From IMG/VR virus record IMGVR_UViG_3300008266_000310: a stretch of 64,000 nt of DNA; one strand, written 5' to 3'. The translations under genes and the position numbers were made by a program. The notes beneath the pieces were generated by a model. The model did not search any database and was not told where the DNA came from. It worked only from the letters and a program-made list of their open reading frames with translations. This stretch comes from an uncultured virus (IMG/VR IMGVR_UViG_3300008266_000310) (lineage: Duplodnaviria; Heunggongvirae; Uroviricota; Caudoviricetes). Shown one piece after another: positions 11,639 to 21,749 of the stretch (its first letter is position 1; the number at the start of each line of letters is the position of its first letter).

Positions 11639-14600
11639 TTACATGTAAGTTGCTAGAGCTTTTATACTCCAACCGCTTGTATTTGTGATTATGTTAAGTT
11701 GTGCTTCAGCCGAAACAATAGTAACCGATGCCGAAACAACGAGAGTGTTACCGAGATCGACTGTTGAGAAATCTGTAAATTCTATATTCCCTGCATTCCA
11801 CACTGCCATAACTTCACCTGTTCTTGCATTGGTACTGTTTGTGACTGTGTACTTATAGAATCCTGCTGTGAAAGATCCTGTAGGTTGGGTAAACAAATTA
11901 TTTGTACCTGAGATAGAAGATATTACAGTTGCATAGTCGTTTAATGTAGCATCAAATCTATAGGAGTTTGTTATTACAAAATTACTACCGCTTGAAGCAT
12001 TTACTGCATAAGATGAACTTAATGCGTAAGAAGACGATACAGACAAACCTCCTGTTGCAGCATAACTTGCACTCAATGCTTGAATAGCATAAGAAGCAGT
12101 TCCAAACAACGAACCAGTTAAGTTATTTGCTGTAACTACTCCGTTAAATGTACTAGGTCCGTTTACAGTTAAACTACCTGTTATACTTACAGACCCTGTT
12201 AATATCTGTCTATCTGTTAAACTATTTCCAAAAATATTAGAACCAGAAGAATAGACTATAGAAGAAGTAACGGTTTGTACTACTAATGTTTGAGCAGTTA
12301 ATGTACCTGTTATGAGAGCATTACTTGCTGTTACGTTTTGCCTGACTAGGAAATTATCGGCACTAGAGGCTGTTGCAGCAAATGATGCTGATACAGCATT
12401 TAAAACATAAGATGCTGTAGCTGCTTGATTAGAGCTTACAGCAAAGCTAGCAGATAATGCGTAAGATGAACTTATTGAATTAGAAGAACTCAACGCATAT
12501 GAAGAACTTACTGCTACACTAGAAGAAATACTAAAAGACGAACTTAATGCATAACTAGCAGATGTAGCAAATGAAGCGGATACTGCTTGTAAAACATAAG
12601 AGGCTGTGCTAGCTAGTATTGAACTAGATGCACTAATTGCATAAGAGGAACTTACTGCTTGGCTAGATGAAATTGCAAATGAAGCACTTATTGCATTTAG
12701 TACAAACGACGCTGTTGAAGCGAATGATGCGCTTACTGCGTTTAGAGCATAAGAGGCAGTAGTTGCATTTACAGCGAAAGAGGCAGTAGTTGCATTTACA
12801 GCGAAAGATGCAGATACTGCTGTGAGGGCAAAGGAAGCACTTGTTGCTATAGAAGCAGTTGCAGCATAAGAAGCTGATACCGTATTTATAGCATAGGACG
12901 ATGTAAGAGCAAGAGAGGCAGTAGCTACAGAACCAGTTGTAATATCGTTTATCAATAACGTTCCGGTCTTATCCGGAAATTGAAAAGTTCTTGGTGTATT
13001 GAGACTTAAATTTCCAACATTAAAAGTGAATCTTTTATAGTCTGATGGTAATTGTCCGAAATTAAAAACTAGCTGCGAATTTCCAAAAGCACCTATCTCA
13101 GTATAATCACCGCTGAGGAATGAAAGGGTACTAGACGGTTGCTTAAAGGCTAAGGTGTAATTATTCGACCCTGTACCGTCCAGAACTACGTGATTATTAA
13201 AGGTAGTTTTGTCGGTAAATGTTTTTAACCCGCTAATACTTTGACTTCCTGTAGTGTATACTACATTGGCTATAAAAGAAGCAGTTGCAGCAAACGATGC
13301 ACTTATGGCGTTATCTGCTCTTGATGCTGTTGCTGCATAAGATGAGCTTACTGCAAAGAAGGCATAAGAAGAAGTAAGTGCATTTGAACTACTTAGGGCA
13401 TAGCTAGAAGATACTGCAAAGCTTGCAGTAGTTGCAAAAGATGCAGAAGTAGCGGTACTTGCGTTACCTGCTATAGATGCACTAATTGTAGAAGTATTAA
13501 TCCACTTTCCTGCGGTAGTACTGTATGCAAGTGGTTGTAAGTTAGTAGGACCAGAGATAGATACATCAGATAGGCCTGCTAATGTCTGTGTTACTACAGA
13601 CCCGCCACCGCCAGATCCACCTACTTGCCTGAATAAGCCTCCAGGTAGTAATGTAAAATCATTAGCAGATGTAAAGACACCTGTACCGTTTATAACAATA
13701 GCCCCTACATAAACTGCGTTTGCTGCTGTATTAGGAGCTTCTACAAAAGATTCGATGTTTAAGTTTGCAATAGCATCTGCTTCAGTAGTGTATATGTTAT
13801 TGCCATAGTAAACAATAATTGCTTTAGCTACGCTATTAGGAAACCAGAATACTCTCTGTATCGACCAGTTGCCGGCTCCTACATTAGTGAGAGTACCGTT
13901 ATTAGAATAATTTTGAGGATCAATTGCTCCAAACCCAGCACCTGCATTGGTTAAATATACCCAGCTAGACCCTGTTTGATAATACCTGTATATTTTAGAG
14001 GTGTTAGTTCCAGGGTCAATAGCGTACGATGGATTGTTTGGATCTACAGTGTAGTTAGATCCTGGAGCATAAGCTGTACCGCTTCCTATCACTAAACTAC
14101 CTGTAGAAGATCCGCTAGGTGCTAAGGTAAAACCGGACAGTTTTAACGGTCCGAATGCTCTATTAAATATATTTTGTTGTTGTTCAAAACCATATGCTGT
14201 AGATGGTTGTGTTTTAACACCGTTAATTGTAGATCCGTTTTGAAATAATACAACACCTACATTAATTTCTGTATCAAATTGTCCAGCAGCATATGGTGTA
14301 CCCTGTTGGTAAATATTACCAGTTGAATCAATAGATACAAACGCTTGTTGATATGATGCAGTAAGCGGTGCAATACTAGCCGATAAATTACCCCAGTTTA
14401 GATATTGAATAGTGGGGTATGGGTTATCATTTAAACTTGCATTTAAGTTAACAATGATACCACTACCGCTTGATATTTGATAAACAGTAGATGATTGAGT
14501 TGTAATTAAACCACCGTTTAATAAACCAGTATATAAATTACCTTCTAACCAACGTAAACGAGTTACGTTATTATATCCTTTACTATTTTGAGAAAAATAT

Positions 14601-17600
14601 AAGTCTTGAGTAGATCCACTTACATAGATGTAAGAGGCAGATATTGAAGTATCTATATTTGTTGTTACAGGTAAGAACCTGGTATAGCCTGTTTGGTTTA
14701 CGTCGCCAAATATTTGAATAGTCGGAGTTGTGGCGCCTTGAGAACCGGAGATAATTAAACTACCCGATAAGGACGTATTACCTATTAAGCTGTTATTACC
14801 TACCTGTACTGTAGATCCTGTTATGTTTAAGCTCCCGGTTAGTACAGTAATACCGATTAATGTATTTGAACCTGTAGTAAATAAACTACCTGTTACTGTT
14901 TGATTTCCTCTAAATACATTTGACCCGGTTGTTGCAAATACCCCGGAACCTGTACCGTCAAGTAGTCCTGCATTTAATGCATAGGAAGCTGTTACAGTAT
15001 TTGAAGAGCTAATAGCATAAGAGCTTGACAGAGCATTAGATGCTGATATTGCATACGATGCACTTACTGCTGTTGTTGCATGAGATGCTGTTACTGCATT
15101 CAAGGCCCAGCTAGCTGTACCAAATAAACTACCTGTTAAGTTATTAGCGGTTACGCTACCGTTAAATATAGAAGGTCCGTTAACAGTCAAGCTACCTGTA
15201 ATACTTACTGAACCTGTAAACTGTTGCGTGTTACTTAACTGATTACCGAATATGTTAGAACCAGACGAGTATATTACACTTGACGATATCGTTTGTACTA
15301 CTAAGGTCTGTGCAGTAAGAGTATTCGATATTAAAGCATTGCTTGCAGTAATGTTACCTCTAACTAAAAAGTTATCAGCACTTGATGCTGTTAATGCATG
15401 AGAAGCAGTTAATGCATACGATGCACTTATAGAACTTACTGAGAAGCTTGATGTCTCAGAATAAGAAGCACTCAATGCATACGATGCACTTACTGCGTTA
15501 CTACTACTTACTGCATAAGATGAACTTAGAGCATAGCTAGATGAAATACTAAAAGATGCACTTGTAGAAGTTAACGAATACGATGCCGTAACGGCATTAG
15601 ACGAGCTTACTGAATAACTTGATGATATTGAGTTGGAGCTACTTATAGCATACGATGAACTTACTGAATTACTGCTAGTTAGTGCGTAACTTGATGATAT
15701 TGCATTTGAACTACTAATTGCATACGATGCACTGACGGCAGTACTGGAAGATAATGCATAACTCGAACTTATTGCATTAGAAGCACTCAGAGCATACGAT
15801 GCACTTATTGCAAAAGATGCAGTGTCTGGTAGGTTGATAGCAAAGCTAGCTGTCAATGCATAAGAAGAGCTTACCGAATTAAAGGCAAATGACGCTGTTT
15901 GTGAATACGAAGCAGATACGGCATAAGAAGAGCTTAATGAGGTAGGTGCATGAGAGGCAGAAACAGCCCAACTTGCCGTACCGTACAGACTTCCTGTTAT
16001 TCCTTGCTTAACTGTTAAACTATCACTGATCTCCAATGAACCTGTGATATTATGCTCATTATTTGGATTAAGTTGAAATTTATTGTCTATGAGAACATCA
16101 GGACCCCCTACAAAAAATCCTAAATGCTTATTAAGTGAAGCGTTACCAATATGAAACTCTGAACCTGTATTGAAAACATATGCATCATTAGGTCCACCGA
16201 GAAAACCGCTGTAGTTTTCACTGTTAATACCCATATTGACATAGTTACCATTCTCATCTCCGTTGTTAGCTGTTGCTACTACGTCAGAAGAAGCATTAGT
16301 ACCTTGATTAGTATTTTGAATATTAAGCTGTAAGTAGTTATTGAGATTACCCTTACCGCTTATTACATTAAAAGAGGAAGTACTTGGCTGCCAAACATAC
16401 AACGCTTCGGGAGCATCGCTTGTATTTCCAGTTTGGTTTATTATAACACTAAACGATCCAGACTGAAATATGCTACTCGTAGCAATTGTATTCGATGTAT
16501 CAAACAAAGGTATGTAAGTAGGTACACCTTTGATATTAGCTACAGAACCACTAAAAGATCCAGTGAAGAATCCGGAGAATTGTCCGGAGAAAGACCCTGT
16601 ATTGTAAGATTGACTAAAGGCTATAAAGCTAGAACTTAACTGGGAGATACTACTGCTAAAAGAGGCTGAGGCTATGTAATAAGAGGTAGTGAAGGCAGTG
16701 TAGCTAGAACTCAACTGCGAGATACTAGCACTAAACGAAGCTGAATCTGTATAGTAAGAAGAAGTAAAAGCAGTAAAGCTAGAAGTCAAGGTGTAGGCAG
16801 GAGCTACTGAGGCTGTATAGGCATTTACGGCGTTTTGTGCCCAGCTTGCTGTACCATATAAAGATCCTGTATTGTAGGATTGACTAAAGGCTAAAAAAGA
16901 TGAGCTTAGCTCGGAGATACTAGCACTAAAAGAAGCTGAGTTTATATAATAAGAAGCAGTAAAGGCTGTGAAGCTGGAAGTTAGAGTGTAGGCAGGAGCT
17001 GTTGAAGCTGTAAGAGCGTTTATAGCATTACTAGCCCAGCTTGCTGTACCGAAGAGGGATCCGGTCAAAGCACCTATAGTCGTACTTCCGTTAAAAGTCG
17101 CCGGACCGTTTACAGTAAGGGAACCGGTAATATTAACCGATCCTGTAAACTGCTGTACATCTGTTAATTCATCTCCAAATATATTAGATCCTGAACTGTA
17201 TATTACTGAAGAACTAATAGTTTGGACTACTAGAGTCTGCGCTGTTATAGTTCCTTGAATAAGAGCGTTACTGGCTGTTATATTACTACTGAATGTTGCG
17301 CTAGACCCTGTTAGTAATCCTCTTACTTGAAATTGATCGGCAGAAGAAGCTGTTTCAGCTGTCTCGGCATGTGATGCTGAAATTGCATAAGAAGCTGTTG
17401 TGGAAGAGGGTGCGTGTGAGGCAGAAACAGCGTAGGAAGCGCTAATAGCGAAAGAGCTACTTACTGCATATGATCCACTAGTAGCGAAAGAGCTACTTAA
17501 GGAGTAAGAGGCTGATTGGGCTTGTTGGGCAAAGATAGCATACGAAGCAGTTCCTGCCATAGCGGCATAACTAGCATAAGAGGCACTTACAACACTACCG

Positions 17601-17764
17601 CTTGTAGAAGCTAATTCAATGATATTCTGAAAAGTTCCTGTATCCTGCTTTAAAAATACCTTACCGTCGTAAGTGTTTATCGCTAATTCACCGAGATCTA
17701 GTTGCGATAGTTCAGGTATTTTTCCAGGTACAGAACTGCGTTTCAGTTCTATTCTAACTGCCAT
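11639..17764 (-). CDS. 2041-aa Ser/Ala/Thr-rich tail-fibre-like protein
   Basis: N-terminus IELKRSSVPGKIP...GELAINTYDGKVFLK resembles common fibre anchor (Mtd_N-like) domains. Many S/T-A-S-Y/F-A repeats and three copies of the TAQTLVVQT...FTGSV.ITGSLTVNGP module. Confidence 0.75.
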   Translation of the reverse strand: MAVRIELKRSSVPGKIPELSQLDLGELAINTYDGKVFLKQDTGTFQNIIELASTSGSVVSASYASYAAMAGTASYAIFAQQAQSASYSLSSSFATSGSYAVSSSFAISASYAVSASHAPSSTTASYAISASHAETAETASSADQFQVRGLLTGSSATFSSNITASNALIQGTITAQTLVVQTISSSVIYSSGSNIFGDELTDVQQFTGSVNITGSLTVNGPATFNGSTTIGALTGSLFGTASWASNAINALTASTAPAYTLTSSFTAFTASYYINSASFSASISELSSSFLAFSQSYNTGSLYGTASWAQNAVNAYTASVAPAYTLTSSFTAFTSSYYTDSASFSASISQLSSSYTAFTTSYYIASASFSSSISQLSSSFIAFSQSYNTGSFSGQFSGFFTGSFSGSVANIKGVPTYIPLFDTSNTIATSSIFQSGSFSVIINQTGNTSDAPEALYVWQPSTSSFNVISGKGNLNNYLQLNIQNTNQGTNASSDVVATANNGDENGNYVNMGINSENYSGFLGGPNDAYVFNTGSEFHIGNASLNKHLGFFVGGPDVLIDNKFQLNPNNEHNITGSLEISDSLTVKQGITGSLYGTASWAVSASHAPTSLSSSYAVSASYSQTASFAFNSVSSSYALTASFAINLPDTASFAISASYALSASNAISSSYALSSSTAVSASYAISSSNAISSSYALTSSNSVSSSYAISSSNSISSSYSVSSSNAVTASYSLTSTSASFSISSSYALSSSYAVSSSNAVSASYALSASYSETSSFSVSSISASYALTASHALTASSADNFLVRGNITASNALISNTLTAQTLVVQTISSSVIYSSGSNIFGNQLSNTQQFTGSVSITGSLTVNGPSIFNGSVTANNLTGSLFGTASWALNAVTASHATTAVSASYAISASNALSSSYAISSSNTVTASYALNAGLLDGTGSGVFATTGSNVFRGNQTVTGSLFTTGSNTLIGITVLTGSLNITGSTVQVGNNSLIGNTSLSGSLIISGSQGATTPTIQIFGDVNQTGYTRFLPVTTNIDTSISASYIYVSGSTQDLYFSQNSKGYNNVTRLRWLEGNLYTGLLNGGLITTQSSTVYQISSGSGIIVNLNASLNDNPYPTIQYLNWGNLSASIAPLTASYQQAFVSIDSTGNIYQQGTPYAAGQFDTEINVGVVLFQNGSTINGVKTQPSTAYGFEQQQNIFNRAFGPLKLSGFTLAPSGSSTGSLVIGSGTAYAPGSNYTVDPNNPSYAIDPGTNTSKIYRYYQTGSSWVYLTNAGAGFGAIDPQNYSNNGTLTNVGAGNWSIQRVFWFPNSVAKAIIVYYGNNIYTTEADAIANLNIESFVEAPNTAANAVYVGAIVINGTGVFTSANDFTLLPGGLFRQVGGSGGGGSVVTQTLAGLSDVSISGPTNLQPLAYSTTAGKWINTSTISASIAGNASTATSASFATTASFAVSSSYALSSSNALTSSYAFFAVSSSYAATASRADNAISASFAATASFIANVVYTTGSQSISGLKTFTDKTTFNNHVVLDGTGSNNYTLAFKQPSSTLSFLSGDYTEIGAFGNSQLVFNFGQLPSDYKRFTFNVGNLSLNTPRTFQFPDKTGTLLINDITTGSVATASLALTSSYAINTVSASYAATASIATSASFALTAVSASFAVNATTASFAVNATTASYALNAVSASFASTASFVLNAISASFAISSSQAVSSSYAISASSSILASTASYVLQAVSASFATSASYALSSSFSISSSVAVSSSYALSSSNSISSSYALSASFAVSSNQAATASYVLNAVSASFAATASSADNFLVRQNVTASNALITGTLTAQTLVVQTVTSSIVYSSGSNIFGNSLTDRQILTGSVSITGSLTVNGPSTFNGVVTANNLTGSLFGTASYAIQALSASYAATGGLSVSSSYALSSSYAVNASSGSNFVITNSYRFDATLNDYATVISSISGTNNLFTQPTGSFTAGFYKYTVTNSTNARTGEVMAVWNAGNIEFTDFSTVDLGNTLVVSASVTIVSAEAQLNIITNTSGWSIKALATYM
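12751..12804. repeat. Exact 27-bp tandem duplication in the 2041-aa fibre
   Basis: aagaggcagtagttgcatttacagcga x2 (encodes a 9-aa unit of the FAVNATTAS repeat). Confidence 0.85.
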
Positions 17765-17815
17765 ATGTAGGACGCTTTAAAAGTATATACTAATCAAGGA
17801 CTTATATAAGCCGTT

Positions 17816-17823
17816 AATAAATA
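17816..17823 (-). promoter_or_regulatory. Putative late promoter motif TATTTATT
   Basis: Plus strand aataaata upstream of the ATG at 17764. Confidence 0.55.
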
Positions 17824-17829
17824 GTTACT

Positions 17830-18432
17830 CTAAAAAGATCCTCCGTCAACAGTATTGGTTCCTTCCATAGATCCGCTAACAGATTCAATGAAGTTTTCAT
17901 TATCGACAAACGGCAAGACAAGACTTGAAGAAAAGTTCGCCGACCCGGTGACTTGCAAGCTTCCTGACAGTATAATAAGGTTCGGATTTATACCATTTAA
18001 TGCATTTATAATCCTGAGTAGATGTTCGGCTTCAATAATAGCTCCAGGGTAGATACCGGTAGTCGGAATAGTCCCGCTAGTAGGAGTTGGTTGGTAAAGC
18101 ACAATAGGGGCGGATGTTATTGAGCCTGATTGAACTGTAACGCTGGTATAAGGAATACTAAAACCGGTTAGGTTATTTACGTAGTCTACTAGCTCGTTAA
18201 TTGATCCGCTAGATAGTTGTGTAGAGGAGCTAATAATAATACCGCTAGCGGTTGGAACGTTATACCCAGTAAGTGAATTAATCTGTGATACAATTCCTGC
18301 TAGCGTATTGCTTACATAACCCGACATCTGTATAACCGGTACACTAGACGGTCCTGCCTGAATACTAGAGGTTGTTACGTTGTAACCAGTGAGTGAGTTA
18401 ATCTCTGCTACAATTCCTGCTAGTGTACTCAT
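17830..18432 (-). CDS. Putative virion structural protein with internal repeats
   Basis: TLAGIV..INSLTGYNV twice plus a degenerate third copy; ends VDGGSF like other structural proteins here. Confidence 0.6.
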   Translation of the reverse strand: MSTLAGIVAEINSLTGYNVTTSSIQAGPSSVPVIQMSGYVSNTLAGIVSQINSLTGYNVPTASGIIISSSTQLSSGSINELVDYVNNLTGFSIPYTSVTVQSGSITSAPIVLYQPTPTSGTIPTTGIYPGAIIEAEHLLRIINALNGINPNLIILSGSLQVTGSANFSSSLVLPFVDNENFIESVSGSMEGTNTVDGGSF

Positions 18433-19289
18433 AATACTTTTTCAGTGTTAAAAATTATTTTACACAAATTATAGGTTTTTCCAGATAACTGCGCTAAATA
18501 AGCATTAACCGAGTCAGGAATTAGATATCCGTTTAAACTTAATTCAAAATCAGTTCTTACTAGTCTATCCTCTCCTTGCTCGTAAGTTTGCGAGTCGTTG
18601 AAGGTCTCAAGTTTAGCTAGAAACTGAAAAGCAGAAGGGTCTCCCCAGTAAGAATTAGAGGCAAAGTTAATTGCTTCGATTAGTTTATCCATCTGCTCTA
18701 CATAGTTAGTCCAAATGATACAACTATAGTTTACAGTCACGTAGTCAGGAGTTACTACTATAGCAAATTCCTTCTGAGGCTTTTGATTTCGTAAGACGTT
18801 AAAGTTATCGTAGATATTTCTTTTTGAGTAAGCTTTTTCAAAAAGCTGCACGTTACTGGCTTGATTACCGTCTAGTTTATTACCTAAAGTACGGTTCTGA
18901 GTTACAGAAGCTCTCTTATATACTAACAAAGGAGACATGATTCTTGAAACTCCGTCACGGTAATAGCCGTCATGCTGTATTGACTTCCATTTTTCAGGAG
19001 AACCGTATATAACAGGAACTAAGACTGTTGAATTATTTTGAACTACAGTCAACTTTAGTACATTGTTGAAGTAGTACATAATAGCTTCGTCAATGTCTTT
19101 AATGCCAACAGAGAATTTTTTATCTCCAGTAGGCTCGTAGGCAGTCTCGTAGGCACGGTTGAACTCTGGCTGCCCTGGTTTGAAGGGTTCCGAGAAGGTA
19201 ATATTAGGATTTCCATACTGAGGATCAGTTGGAACATAGAGTTTATCCATGAACTCCTTTCGTGTCTGCGGTCTAACTTGTTGTGCCAT
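18429..19289 (-). CDS. gp15: Tail terminator / sheath stabilizer (T4 gp15-like)
   Basis: VPVIYGSPEKW, PDYVTVNYSCIIWTNYVEQMDKLIE, F.L.L.GYL motifs; follows the two neck genes. Confidence 0.65.
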   Translation of the reverse strand: MAQQVRPQTRKEFMDKLYVPTDPQYGNPNITFSEPFKPGQPEFNRAYETAYEPTGDKKFSVGIKDIDEAIMYYFNNVLKLTVVQNNSTVLVPVIYGSPEKWKSIQHDGYYRDGVSRIMSPLLVYKRASVTQNRTLGNKLDGNQASNVQLFEKAYSKRNIYDNFNVLRNQKPQKEFAIVVTPDYVTVNYSCIIWTNYVEQMDKLIEAINFASNSYWGDPSAFQFLAKLETFNDSQTYEQGEDRLVRTDFELSLNGYLIPDSVNAYLAQLSGKTYNLCKIIFNTEKVL

Positions 19290-19290
19290 G

Positions 19291-19785
19291 TTATAATCTC
19301 TGTCTTGTTATTCCTAACCTCTCCGGTGTTGTAAAGTGAGTATTTAGTATAATCGAAATACTTGCACCAAAGTTGTTTAATCCTTGAGAATAAGCATATT
19401 GAGGATTTTTTCCTAGGAAGTACTGATTTTCATTTACATTGTCTACCTCATAGTATAACTCATTATACATTACAATGTCCCCAGTCTCAGGTACTACGTT
19501 AGCATACTCAAGGTCTTGCTTTAAAAACCTAAAATCCACCTCTCTCCTACTGTCTGGTCCGAAATTATTATCAGTCACGGTAGCAAAGTCTCCTCTTACT
19601 ATTAAACAGTTTATGAGAACTGGACCAATATAGTCTTTGACCAAAGCTTCACCGTATACATTAGGTGGAGTTTGGTCTAAAATTACCCTGTAGTAGCCTA
19701 TTTGCTGGGTAACTACGTTACCTACAAACTCCGAAGCTACTCCAATTTGCATTATTGCGTCTCGTACTGTACCGAATAGAGCCAT
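19291..19785 (-). CDS. Neck / head-closure protein (T4 gp14-like)
   Basis: NVYGE, PETGDIVMYNELYYEVDNVNENQYFLG; position between gp13-like and gp15-like genes. Confidence 0.55.
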   Translation of the reverse strand: MALFGTVRDAIMQIGVASEFVGNVVTQQIGYYRVILDQTPPNVYGEALVKDYIGPVLINCLIVRGDFATVTDNNFGPDSRREVDFRFLKQDLEYANVVPETGDIVMYNELYYEVDNVNENQYFLGKNPQYAYSQGLNNFGASISIILNTHFTTPERLGITRQRL

Positions 19786-19788
19786 AGT

Positions 19789-20982
19789 TTAACCAATATA
19801 CACCATTAAAGGTATGTTACTTAATGTATCACTGAGAGAACTGTTTTCTGACTGTTTTCTTTCAAGCTGCTTCTGTCTTGACATGTCTTCAAGATCTAAC
19901 CTTAATTTCTCTCTTAAATCCTTTTGCATTTCCTGTCCCCGGTTAATCAAGTCGGCGTAGTTGAGTATAGTTTCTGCACCCGGTATCTGTACAGTCTGAT
20001 ATTTTCCGCGGATTAAACCGAGTAGCTCAGAAGTTAATGCAGCTGTATACTCTTTAATCCATTGCTTACCTGGTTGATTTATGTACGAGTAAGTAATCAA
20101 GCCGTAAGGTGCGAGACTTGGATTAGCTACCAACCCTTTATTAGCACCGTAAGGGCTATTTTTAGTCAAACTCATTAAGTCAGACTGGAATGCATACTGT
20201 ATTGATAGACAAGCTCCATAATTACCAGTATAATTACCTAACGGTACAGGAGTTACTCTAAGATTAGTACCGATTAGTTCAAAACTCCATTCAGGTAATC
20301 GTACGTCATTTGACATTTCTAACTGCTGTATCCTTTGAATATCCCAAAATATAGGGAAGTAAGTTGTACTATTACCGCCACCGCCAACTCCAACACCAGC
20401 TCCACCCCAATCACCAGGCCAAGCACCTGCACCACCTAACTGTGGATAATAACTACCGTAGCCGTAACCGTAAATTGCAGGCGGGGCTTGATACATTACC
20501 CTTTGAATTACAATTCTATCTGTTGGATTCATTCCTAAGGATCCTGTAGCCCAATTATAAACATTGTAGTTCTGTTGCCCTGATAGTAATGGTAATGAAC
20601 CACTACTCCAACTAATAAATCCACCTACTCCTGCTACCTGTCCGTAGGTTTCAGAGATATTAACCATATTGGTTAAGTTAGGAGAAACGACAGTGTTGTT
20701 GAGTAAGGAAGAAGTAGGTTGACCTTCTAGAGTAAGATAGTTATCTTTAATCTTTAACTGGTAAAGTTCTTCTGCGTAGATTGATACTGCTTCTTCAAAG
20801 CAAGCATAAATGTTTAAATCGTCTAATTCTACATCCAGTACCGGATACCCTAACTTCCTAGCACAGTAATTAGCTACTCTAGGTCCATCAGACTGGTACT
20901 CTGTATCATTATCATAAAATCCGAAAGGGGTACTACCTGATATAGGCCCCGGACTACCGTCGTAAATTATTGGATTTGCCAT
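19789..20982 (-). CDS. gp13: Neck protein (T4 gp13-like)
   Basis: YCARKLGYPVLDVEL at the N-terminus; WIKEYTAAL..ELLGLIRGKY..IPG...LN at the C-terminus. Confidence 0.75.
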   Translation of the reverse strand: MANPIIYDGSPGPISGSTPFGFYDNDTEYQSDGPRVANYCARKLGYPVLDVELDDLNIYACFEEAVSIYAEELYQLKIKDNYLTLEGQPTSSLLNNTVVSPNLTNMVNISETYGQVAGVGGFISWSSGSLPLLSGQQNYNVYNWATGSLGMNPTDRIVIQRVMYQAPPAIYGYGYGSYYPQLGGAGAWPGDWGGAGVGVGGGGNSTTYFPIFWDIQRIQQLEMSNDVRLPEWSFELIGTNLRVTPVPLGNYTGNYGACLSIQYAFQSDLMSLTKNSPYGANKGLVANPSLAPYGLITYSYINQPGKQWIKEYTAALTSELLGLIRGKYQTVQIPGAETILNYADLINRGQEMQKDLREKLRLDLEDMSRQKQLERKQSENSSLSDTLSNIPLMVYIG

Positions 20983-20987
20983 ATTAA

Positions 20988-21662
20988 TTAGTCTCTATGA
21001 TCAATGTAGATTCTTAAGATATCTTCTACAATTGGATCACGGTGGTTAGTTTTTAAAGTTACAACTGAAAAGCCTTTTACGTTCGTTAAGTTGTTACATA
21101 TAAACCCAAAACCTGATACTTTCTTATCTTTTAGGTCAATTTGGGCTGTATCTCCGCAAATAATCATTTTCGAACCTTCACACAATCTGCCCAGAATTAA
21201 TTCCATTTGACGGTGTGATATATTTTGTCCTTCATCAACTACTACACAGCAGTTTGATAGATTCCGACCTCTCATAAAGGCTACCGGAATTACTTCTATT
21301 CTGCCTTCTAAGATTTCTTTATCAACTTTATCTTTACTATACAACCTGTACATATTATCGTAAATTGCAGCGGTGTAAGGAGCTAATTTAGCATCCTTAT
21401 CTCCGGGCATAAATCCTAACTCTTCTCCTGCTGTTACAGCCGGTCGTGTCAGTATCACCTTTTCTACTTGATGCGTAAATAAAAGATCTAAAGCTACTTG
21501 AGCGGCAACCATCGATTTTCCTGATCCTGCACCACCTTTTAAAACAGTTATTTTATTTTCTAAAATAATAGCTTTTGCGACTTTTTGTTCTTCATTTAAC
21601 GTAACTTGAAACTTAATTTGATTTCTCGGTTTTCTCTTGTTTCCATTCCCTGTTTGAAGCAT
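20988..21662 (-). CDS. phoH: PhoH-family ATPase
   Basis: GGAGSGKS Walker A, TRPAV, LGFMPGD, AFMRGRNL, VDEGQN, GDTAQIDL, HRDPIV. Start placed at ATG 21662, just downstream of the promoter-like motif. Confidence 0.92.
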   Translation of the reverse strand: MLQTGNGNKRKPRNQIKFQVTLNEEQKVAKAIILENKITVLKGGAGSGKSMVAAQVALDLLFTHQVEKVILTRPAVTAGEELGFMPGDKDAKLAPYTAAIYDNMYRLYSKDKVDKEILEGRIEVIPVAFMRGRNLSNCCVVVDEGQNISHRQMELILGRLCEGSKMIICGDTAQIDLKDKKVSGFGFICNNLTNVKGFSVVTLKTNHRDPIVEDILRIYIDHRD

Positions 21663-21675
21663 AAACTTATTTTTA

Positions 21676-21683
21676 TATAAATA
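21676..21683 (-). promoter_or_regulatory. Putative late promoter motif TATTTATA upstream of phoH
   Basis: Plus strand tataaata between the capsid terminator and phoH. Confidence 0.55.
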
Positions 21684-21696
21684 TCCTCTAAACATA

Positions 21697-21724
21697 AATA
21701 AAAAACCGGCCTTACGGGGCCGGT
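21697..21724 (-). terminator. Rho-independent terminator after the major capsid gene
   Basis: Minus strand ACCGGCC-CCGTAA-GGCCGGT followed by TTTTTATTT. Confidence 0.85.
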
Positions 21725-21749
21725 CTTTATATTCTGCTATCTAAATTAA

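Noticed and set aside
1..17764. Diversity-generating retroelement acting on the Asn-rich fibres
   Set aside because: No reverse transcriptase in the window. The one near-identical pair (114 bp) is exact and intragenic, without adenine-specific mismatches.
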